DNA of 33,127 nucleotides from Leptolyngbyaceae cyanobacterium. GTDB taxonomy: Bacteria; Cyanobacteriota; Cyanobacteriia; CAKZMO01. Below, in pieces: positions 26,784 through 33,127 of this stretch (positions are counted from its first letter, which is position 1; each line of letters begins with the position of its first letter). Made by a program: the position numbers and the translations under genes. The notes below the pieces were generated by a model, which worked only from the letters and a program-made list of their open reading frames with translations, was not told where the DNA came from and searched no databases. Where the stretch lies: the NCBI GenBank assembly GCA_035284985.1, contig JAYKIC010000635.1, positions 1 to 33,127 on the forward strand, given 5' to 3'.

Positions 26784-27209
26784 CTATCCTTCTTGCTCTT
26801 TTTTCTGTTTTTCCTCTAACTCTTTCTGCTTTTCCTCCGATTCCTTCTTCATCGCATCCATCTGAGCCTGTACCGCTGGCGGCGGCGGCACCGGAGTGCC
26901 CATATCGCCAACCAAAACATTGGGCTGTCCCTTCACAATCGTTGTGGCGACGGGGATCGGTACTCCTAGGGGACCAATGGTCAGACCATTAACCATCGAT
27001 GTGATCCGTGCGGCGGGTCGTCCACCAATCAAAACCGTAAATGCGCCCGTGGAGATAATGCCAGGGGCGTAGTTGATCACTGGACCGTAGACCATATCCC
27101 CAACACAGGCAGCGGGCATTCCCCCAATTAACACATTGGGTGTACCGGGTGGCAAGACATTATCTCCGGTAGCGGTGATATCAGTGACTCGTGCGGCTGG
27201 AAACGTCAT
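26784..27209 (-). CDS. PAAR-domain spike-tip protein with a charged K/E-rich C-terminal tail
   Basis: 141 aa with three PAAR-type motifs (FPAARVTD, GGMPAACVGD, GGRPAARITS). It lies immediately downstream of the VgrG-like gene. Confidence 0.9.
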   Translation of the reverse strand: MTFPAARVTDITATGDNVLPPGTPNVLIGGMPAACVGDMVYGPVINYAPGIISTGAFTVLIGGRPAARITSMVNGLTIGPLGVPIPVATTIVKGQPNVLVGDMGTPVPPPPAVQAQMDAMKKESEEKQKELEEKQKKEQEG

Positions 27210-27304
27210 CGATCGCTCTTCCTTTCAATCACACCTAGTTTCATAGTTCTATCGTACTTCTAGCTTAATTCTGGTCTGGGGTTCCGTTCTGTGTAAAAGT
27301 AGGC

Positions 27305-29200
27305 TTAATTCAGCTTAATCAATCCCCCTTGCACTTGGACGATTCCCCCTTTCACCTCGGTCATCGCCCCCCCTTGAATTTTAACGGTCGTACCTGCCTG
27401 AATCGTAATACCACTCATAGACAGTTCTACCTTGTTGGCCCCAACAGTGAGAGTAATTTTCTGAGTCCCAGTGAGGCTGATCTCTCCCGCATTGAGGCTA
27501 ATTTTATTGCTGGTTCCCGTCCCCCCTGCTTTGATAGTGATATCTCCGGTGGACGTGAGGCTAATAGTTTTGTTGGCATCGTCATTTCTAAGGGTATGGC
27601 CACCATTGGTTTTTAATTCCACAAACTTATCACTATCGTTGAGAGAAAAATGATGGTTTCCGGTGGTGTCTAAATACACGCCTTTTTTAGAACCACCTTT
27701 GTCTTCTTCCCTGAATTGCAGGGTGTGACCTGTGCGAGTTCTGAAGGTGCGGAGGCGGACTTTGCCATCGGCGACAGAATCCTGGACTGCTTCTGGAGGC
27801 TTGTCCTTGCCGTTCCAGACAGCCCCAATGATATAAGGGCGGCGAATGTCCCCATGTTCAAACGCCACTAAAACTTCATCATCCACTTCAGGCAAACAAT
27901 CAAAGCCTCGGTTAAGACCAGCTCCGGGGGCGACAATCCTAGCCCAATTACTTTCATGCTCTTCGGTGAGGGTGGGAAATTTCACCCGGACACGGCCCCA
28001 GCCTTGGGGATCATTGTTATTAGTGACTCTGCCTACGAGGAGGGTCTGTCCCGGTTGGGGGCGGTTGGGTGGTGTGAGGAGTGACAATAAATCGCCCCCC
28101 CGCAATCCTCGGACGCTAAATTCGGTGGTGTAAACCCGCTCGATGAATAGGTGACGGGTTTCGGTGATGTAATAGTCGCCGCTGTATTTGCCCATGCCGT
28201 CGAGGGTGATGACTTTGCCGGGGCGGATGTCGGGGTTGCCTTGGGCGATCGCATCCGCATGGATAAACTCACTGCCCAGCTCATCAATCAGGGCTTGGGC
28301 GATCGTGTCCGCTTCTTTTTGGCTAAATACAGGCTGATCGACTACCACCAGCGTGGGTGAGGAAGGCTTTCCCCCAAAGGCGCTACTACTTTCTTTTCCC
28401 CGGCCCTGATCCGTCTCAGTTAGAACGTTGGCAGAGTTCCGGGTGGCGACAAAGGGCTGCTTTTTAGTGTAATCCCAACCGCGCACTTCCACACTACCCA
28501 CCTGCTCAGCACTGTTAACCTGAACTTGAAAACTACTGATTTCTTTAAGCCAACGTAGATTGAGTGTGCTATTCACATTGGGTTTACGGAAACTGAGCTT
28601 GCCATTTTCCACAAATAGCTCGAATCCATTCCGCGCTGCCCGGTCCCGCAAAAACTCCATATTGGTTTGGTTGGATTGGAAGACATAATCATGGGGGGCA
28701 CCGCTGTTATCCACCGTACCCAGGGGAATCCCATTTTCCTGGACCACTTCCGAAACAATGTCGCTGTCAGTATAATTTTGAAAGGAGCGATTGTGGCGAC
28801 CGCGATGCAACCGATGGGAGACATCATAGCCCCGAATAATCAGGGGTGCTTGGGCACCGGAGGTAAAGTGGGTTTCCATGGCGGTGATCTCCCCTTCAAT
28901 CACCGTACCCTCAATTTGGTCGTCAAATTCGACTGACTCGGTGGTGCTGGACTTAAAGCCAATTTTGACCACTTGACCAATCTTGAAAAAACTCTCGTAT
29001 TTATCCCGTAGGTTTGATTCTTCTGCCTGTCCAGGGAAATAGGGCGATCGCACCACCAACGTGAACATGCCCGGTCGATGTAGACTCTCCTCCACCGACA
29101 GTTGCAGCAAATCTTCCAGTAACGCCGCCATGATTTCGTCGGGGGGCGTTCTACCATCAATCTGGATAATGGGTTCGGAAATATAGCGGCTAGGGCACAT
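27305..29200 (-). CDS. VgrG-like spike protein (gpD plus gp5 OB-fold plus beta-helix; Afp8/Cis8-like)
   Basis: 631 aa with a gpD-like N-terminal half. GRVTNNNDPQGWGRVRVKFPTL ... WARIVAPGAGLNRGFDCLPEVDDEVLVAFEHGDIRRPYIIGAVWNG is the gp5/gpV OB-fold core. A repetitive beta-helix-like C-terminus follows. Confidence 0.9.
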   Translation of the reverse strand: MCPSRYISEPIIQIDGRTPPDEIMAALLEDLLQLSVEESLHRPGMFTLVVRSPYFPGQAEESNLRDKYESFFKIGQVVKIGFKSSTTESVEFDDQIEGTVIEGEITAMETHFTSGAQAPLIIRGYDVSHRLHRGRHNRSFQNYTDSDIVSEVVQENGIPLGTVDNSGAPHDYVFQSNQTNMEFLRDRAARNGFELFVENGKLSFRKPNVNSTLNLRWLKEISSFQVQVNSAEQVGSVEVRGWDYTKKQPFVATRNSANVLTETDQGRGKESSSAFGGKPSSPTLVVVDQPVFSQKEADTIAQALIDELGSEFIHADAIAQGNPDIRPGKVITLDGMGKYSGDYYITETRHLFIERVYTTEFSVRGLRGGDLLSLLTPPNRPQPGQTLLVGRVTNNNDPQGWGRVRVKFPTLTEEHESNWARIVAPGAGLNRGFDCLPEVDDEVLVAFEHGDIRRPYIIGAVWNGKDKPPEAVQDSVADGKVRLRTFRTRTGHTLQFREEDKGGSKKGVYLDTTGNHHFSLNDSDKFVELKTNGGHTLRNDDANKTISLTSTGDITIKAGGTGTSNKISLNAGEISLTGTQKITLTVGANKVELSMSGITIQAGTTVKIQGGAMTEVKGGIVQVQGGLIKLN

Positions 29201-29217
29201 CGCAACACTGACTCCAT

Positions 29218-29754
29218 TTATATAAACCGTTCTCGCCCGGAAGCCGCCCGTTGAGCGGCACTGAGGGCCGGAGCAGACTGTCCGGGACGCGGGGTGGGTT
29301 CATCCACCTGCTCTAGGGTCAAATCCACGAGGGCACGAACGGGGGTACCGTCCGGCAAAAATAGGGTGAGCTTGAAACTCAGGGTCTTGACGAAACAACG
29401 CAAATACTCATTTGCACCCCAAGTAAAAAGATAAATGGGAGGCCGTTTGTTGGCTTCCTCGCCATCCTGCATAAATTCCACCCCACGGGCAAATTTGCGA
29501 ATATAGGGACGCACACTCACCTGATCTTCGTAGGTGTCTAGCACAATGTTACTAATGGTGAGCGAGTAGGGGTTGGGGTGCTTAAAGCTGGTTTTGGGTT
29601 CTCCAGTATTAGTGCTAGCCCCTTGGGGTTGTTCCAAACTAATGGAGCGGCTAAAGCTCAATTCATTTGGATTAAACATAAAATCAATATGATTTTCGTG
29701 GTTTTCGCTGGACTGATATTCCACATCAATTAACTTGGCCTTGGCTAGTGTCAT
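29218..29754 (-). CDS. CIS tube-protein-fold / tube-initiator-like protein (Afp7/Cis7-like, no LysM seen)
   Basis: 178 aa. IDFMFNPNELSFSRS ... PPIYLFTWGANEYLRCFVKTLSFKLTLFLPDGTPVRALVDLTLEQ matches the pattern of CIS tube N-terminal domain proteins found just upstream of VgrG in eCIS loci. The call is by recall. Confidence 0.7.
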   Translation of the reverse strand: MTLAKAKLIDVEYQSSENHENHIDFMFNPNELSFSRSISLEQPQGASTNTGEPKTSFKHPNPYSLTISNIVLDTYEDQVSVRPYIRKFARGVEFMQDGEEANKRPPIYLFTWGANEYLRCFVKTLSFKLTLFLPDGTPVRALVDLTLEQVDEPTPRPGQSAPALSAAQRAASGRERFI

Positions 29755-29856
29755 GGCGTTGGTCCTATTTTCCCTTCCTAACCCCGTTTTAATTTTAGAG
29801 GGGATTTTTGCCCCTTGCCCCCAACCCTAGAAAAAATTAATAGGGACTCATTGGCG

Positions 29857-30516
29857 CTACTCATTGGCGCTAGAGTTATCCTCTGATTCTAACGGGATCT
29901 CTGGTTCTAAGGGGGTGAAATCAGGCTGCAACAGGTCAGGGTCAAGCTCATTCGTACTGTCCACCCCATTGCCGTTACTGGGATCATTCAAATCATTAAA
30001 ATCAAAATTTTCATCTACGCCAGGGAAGGGGGGCACCGTATTGTCTAACCCATTGGGGTCACTACCCGGAAACAGGGGGAGGGTATTATCTGGGCTGGGG
30101 GGGTCATTGGTTTCCGGGAGGGTAGCGAGGGCAACGCGATCGCTACCCACCTCCTGCCGCAGTAAATCTAGCACATCCACCACATCATCGTACCGGGCTG
30201 ACCGGGAGGCATACAGCACCACGAGCTTGCGAGGATTGGTCAGCCGTTCCTGAATCAGCAACTCGGTCAACTGCTCCCGACTCACCGGACTTTGTTCAAG
30301 ATAAAGTTGACCGATGGGGTCAAGGCTAACCAATAGGGTTTCCCGCATCTGGGGCGCTCCGGTGGCTGCGCTAGGTAAATCGACCCCGATGGCAGATTGG
30401 CGGGTTAGGCTAACTGCGCCCAAAATAAAGAAGGTCAGAATACAGAAAATCACATCAATGAGGGGCAGGATTTCAATCCGGGCATCATCATTGGGGGTGT
30501 CGAAATTAAGTTTCAT
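29857..30516 (-). CDS. exbD: Biopolymer transport protein ExbD/TolR family with an acidic/Pro-rich C-terminal extension
   Basis: ARIEILPLIDVIFCILTFFIL (TM helix) and the periplasmic core LLVSLDPIGQLYLEQ ... VVLYASRSARYDDVVDVLDLL are present. It lies downstream of an exbB-type gene. Confidence 0.88.
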   Translation of the reverse strand: MKLNFDTPNDDARIEILPLIDVIFCILTFFILGAVSLTRQSAIGVDLPSAATGAPQMRETLLVSLDPIGQLYLEQSPVSREQLTELLIQERLTNPRKLVVLYASRSARYDDVVDVLDLLRQEVGSDRVALATLPETNDPPSPDNTLPLFPGSDPNGLDNTVPPFPGVDENFDFNDLNDPSNGNGVDSTNELDPDLLQPDFTPLEPEIPLESEDNSSANE

Positions 30517-30587
30517 TGCCGCTTTTACTACTTATTTCGTAGGTGGATGGGTCAAGGATTGTCAATAAGGCTGGGGAATTTGGATCA

Positions 30588-31496
30588 TCAAGATTGGGTT
30601 TCGGCATCGGATGATGGGGCCGGGGTAGCTGGAGCATCAGGGGTCGGGGTCGGGGGGGCGGTCGTCGGGCTGACGGTTGGGCTAGGGGTGTCCGCCAATG
30701 TGCCCTCGGTCGCTGGTGGCGTTGATGTAGCTTTGCTAGAGAGGGGTGACGGATACCCGATCGGGCGGCTCGTTTCCGGGCTGGGAGAGGGGGCGGATTG
30801 GGGGAAGCGATCGCCCCCTCCTCTTCCCGTCAACTCTGAGCCAGTGTGTCCCTGCTGCTTTTGGTAAGCCCAATCCTTGCGATAGAGAAGCTCCAATTCA
30901 TTCCCGGCTTGGCGAAAAATTTTGACTTGGCTCAATACCAAACTTTGGAAAATCCGATAAAAAGCCAGACTAAGGATAGCGATGATCAGACCTGCTGCCG
31001 TGGTCCCCAAGGCATCGGAAATCCCCAATGTTACCCCTTCGGTGGAGGTGGTGCCCAAGTCGCCCAAACGAATGGACCCCAGGGACCGAATTAGCCCCAA
31101 TACGGTGCCTAACAAGCCCAAGAGTGGGGCGATCGCAATCACCGCTTCCAAAATTTTTTCGCCCCGACGCATGGCGGCTAATTCCTCATCAGCAGAGGCT
31201 TGTAGGGCCAATTGAAAGATTTCCGGTTCCGGGTTGTGTAATTCCAAGGCGGCATAGAGAAACCGTCCGATAGGCTGATCGAGGGACCGTCGGGCAATTT
31301 CCCGGGCCGCCTCCCATTCCCGCCGTGCTGATTCCAATACCCGCCCGACAATTTCCCGCTCACGGGTCAGGATCTTAGACCAAAACCATATGCGCTCGAT
31401 AATAGTGGTCAGGGCTAAAAATGACAGCAGTACAAACAAAAAAACGAGTAGCCAAATGGATGGCCCACCATTTCTCAACACTTCAACAATATTCAC
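30588..31496 (-). CDS. exbB: MotA/TolQ/ExbB proton-channel family protein with a Pro/Thr/Ser-rich C-terminal tail
   Basis: It has three TM helices. The signature region AIAPLLGLLGTVLGLIRSLG ... ALGTTAAGLIIAI is present. It is paired with exbD. Confidence 0.88.
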   Translation of the reverse strand: MNIVEVLRNGGPSIWLLVFLFVLLSFLALTTIIERIWFWSKILTREREIVGRVLESARREWEAAREIARRSLDQPIGRFLYAALELHNPEPEIFQLALQASADEELAAMRRGEKILEAVIAIAPLLGLLGTVLGLIRSLGSIRLGDLGTTSTEGVTLGISDALGTTAAGLIIAILSLAFYRIFQSLVLSQVKIFRQAGNELELLYRKDWAYQKQQGHTGSELTGRGGGDRFPQSAPSPSPETSRPIGYPSPLSSKATSTPPATEGTLADTPSPTVSPTTAPPTPTPDAPATPAPSSDAETQS

Positions 31497-31672
31497 CGGG
31501 TCTTTTCCTCCTCACAGGTTCCCTCTGTGGCCTACCCTATCTCATTTCAGTGCTAACTGTGAGAGTCGGGCTTGGGTTGTTAGCCCAAGACAATGCATTG
31601 CGATGGCGCAACGCCACTCCATCCGGAGTATCGCACCCTTTATTGTAAGTACAGAACTGCACCAACTTGCGA

Positions 31673-32320
31673 TTAGGGTGACGGTTTCTCGCTTAAATAA
31701 TTGGGCGACTCGTCAGTGGCAATAATACCTAGGAGAATTCGGGCAATGGGGTCTAGTTCTTCAGGAATGCGGTAGAGGGTCAAATCTTCCGTGAGATGTT
31801 TGCGGTGGCGTTGGAATTGGCCAAATTGCCAAATCTGACCCGTGCTGACTGCGCCGTATAGCATGGATGCATCACTGTCGATCCACTGATCGAGGGCGAT
31901 TAATTCAGCCCCTAGCTGGGTAAATCCGGTATAAATATTTTCGCGTTTTGCTTCAATTATGAGAAAGTTACTGGCTTGGAAATAGTAATCTAGGGAGCCT
32001 TTGAGCCAGTTATTTACCACTAAGGTGTACTCCACTCTCACTTTTTGGTGGGTATACTGACAAATTTCACTCAATAAGGGCGCAATCAAAAATTCTCGAC
32101 GGGCTTGCTCACTGCTGATGGTGGTAAATTGGAAGGCGGCATTGAGGCGATCGCGCAAATTCCTCAAATCCAGATTCCCAGAATAGCTGGGCCACGATAA
32201 ATGATCGCTGGAAATCGTGCCGCCCAAATCCGCCAATATCTCATCCCGTTCGTAGGGTAGTTCGGCATAACGGGAAAAGGTATAGCTTTCATCGGGCCGC
32301 AGAATTTTGGGACGATTCAC
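31673..32320 (-). CDS. Hypothetical protein, possible PD-(D/E)xK (HsdR_N-like) nuclease fold
   Basis: 215-aa ORF. GSLDYYFQASNFLIIEAKRE gives a D ... ExK arrangement typical of restriction-endonuclease-like folds. The call is tentative. Confidence 0.45.
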   Translation of the reverse strand: MNRPKILRPDESYTFSRYAELPYERDEILADLGGTISSDHLSWPSYSGNLDLRNLRDRLNAAFQFTTISSEQARREFLIAPLLSEICQYTHQKVRVEYTLVVNNWLKGSLDYYFQASNFLIIEAKRENIYTGFTQLGAELIALDQWIDSDASMLYGAVSTGQIWQFGQFQRHRKHLTEDLTLYRIPEELDPIARILLGIIATDESPNYLSEKPSP

Positions 32321-32354
32321 TTTTGTATGCCTCAGTTGCTATGAGAACGGAAAT

Positions 32355-32849
32355 TCACAATGGATTTTGAGTGTAGGGCGCAAAGAGTTGGCAGTTGCCC
32401 TTGCAAACGGTGATCACGGTTTTCACGCCGCCGCGTCGGGTGTAGTCCCCAATTACCCGCAAGCCCACGGGTGCCAGTTCAATCCAAAGGCGATCGCACA
32501 CCTCGTTCGTGACTGTCTCATGGCTGATGCGGCGATCGCGAAAGGAATTAATGTATAACTTAAACGCCTTCAGTTCTACCACCCAATCCTTGGGGTAATA
32601 ATCTACTACGATGGTGCCAAAATCGGGATAACCGGAGCGGGGGCACAGGGCCGTAAACTCTGGATGCTCCAGATGAATCACGTAGGGATTGGTGCTGGGA
32701 TTGGGCCACTTTTCCAAGGGTTCTTCGGCGGCTTGGCGGATGGCGCGATCGCCATAGCGATGATCGGTAGATTGGGCCGGGGCAACCGATGGGGTGGTGG
32801 TATCTAATGGTGCGGGAGAGGGTGAAGGGTCAGGGTTAATCACGGACAA
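32355..32849 (-). CDS. queF: NADPH-dependent 7-cyano-7-deazaguanine (preQ0) reductase QueF, type I
   Basis: LEHPEFTALCPRSGYPDFGTIVVDYYP ... VELKAFKLYINSFRDRRISHE carries the catalytic Cys and the QueF motif. The start is non-ATG (TTG at 32849 or GTG at 32843) and uncertain. Confidence 0.88.
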   Translation of the reverse strand: MSVINPDPSPSPAPLDTTTPSVAPAQSTDHRYGDRAIRQAAEEPLEKWPNPSTNPYVIHLEHPEFTALCPRSGYPDFGTIVVDYYPKDWVVELKAFKLYINSFRDRRISHETVTNEVCDRLWIELAPVGLRVIGDYTRRGGVKTVITVCKGNCQLFAPYTQNPL

Positions 32850-32850
32850 T

Positions 32851-33127
32851 CAATTCCAAACGTGGGTTATCTAAATGCAAACATTGCATCCCGAAGAAAG
32901 TGGAGTTATTATAGCGCACTCCAGTTATCGGACAGGGAACCAGTGGTTTTGGCAAGAATGGTGGGGGGCGATCGCGCCTCACCTTTGTCTGGATGGCAAG
33001 GAGCGATCGCCCCCCACCATTCCTGCCAAAACCATCGGTTCCATGACCGATAACTGGAGTGCGCTATAATAGCTCCACTTTCTTCGGGATGCAATGTTTG
33101 CATTTAGATAACCCACGTTTGGAATTG
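32851..33127. repeat. 277-bp near-perfect palindrome (two 125-nt arms around a 27-nt centre), running to the window edge
   Basis: The left arm 32851-32975 equals the reverse complement of the right arm 33003-33127 apart from 6 mismatches. Each arm ends internally in a HIP1 site (32968-32975 and 33003-33010). Confidence 0.95.

Noticed and set aside
32862-33103. Mirror-image 63-64-aa ORFs (32875-33069 plus and 32909-33103 minus) with nearly identical translations
   Set aside because: Identical proteins on opposite strands are the expected artefact of a DNA palindrome. They show no coding features.

Overview
All domain calls below were made by eye from the ORF translations; no searches were run. 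The window is cyanobacterial chromosomal DNA: the HIP1 octamer GCGATCGC is very dense, and psaK and a Tic22-like gene are present.

Positions 1-11.9 kb are mostly housekeeping. They hold an integrin-like vWA/RTX protein, rpsN, prmC, a Tic22-like gene, a YugP-type Zn peptidase, psaK, gyrB and an aldose epimerase.

Positions 11.9-29.8 kb carry, on the minus strand, a partial contractile-injection-system (CIS, phage-tail-like) baseplate and spike gene set. In transcription order it reads tube-initiator-like protein, VgrG-like spike, PAAR, then gp25-like protein and baseplate-J-like protein. No sheath, tube, tape-measure or ATPase genes are present.

About 11.9 kb of accessory DNA sits between PAAR and gp25 and splits this set. 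It contains three parts:
- A minus-strand four-gene cluster (15062-17930): GIY-YIG-like nuclease, a small TM peptide, a TM-anchored vWA-like protein and a glycine-zipper membrane protein.
- A plus-strand, translationally coupled three-gene operon (18752-24171): an HTH-like VMAP-type protein, a MoxR-like AAA+ ATPase, and a vWA protein ending in an FGE-sulfatase (FGS) domain. This matches the computationally predicted but, to my knowledge, experimentally uncharacterised vWA-MoxR ternary NTP-dependent conflict systems, and it is the strongest candidate for a novel system here.
- A repeat-saturated zone (24.2-26.7 kb): a DUF559 gene bracketed by 71-bp direct repeats, an orphan FGS 3' fragment and a stand-alone FGS gene that shares its post-stop sequence with the operon gene.

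The right end holds exbD, exbB, a PD-(D/E)xK-like ORF, queF and a 277-bp near-perfect palindrome at the window edge. No rRNA, tRNA or CRISPR array was recognised.
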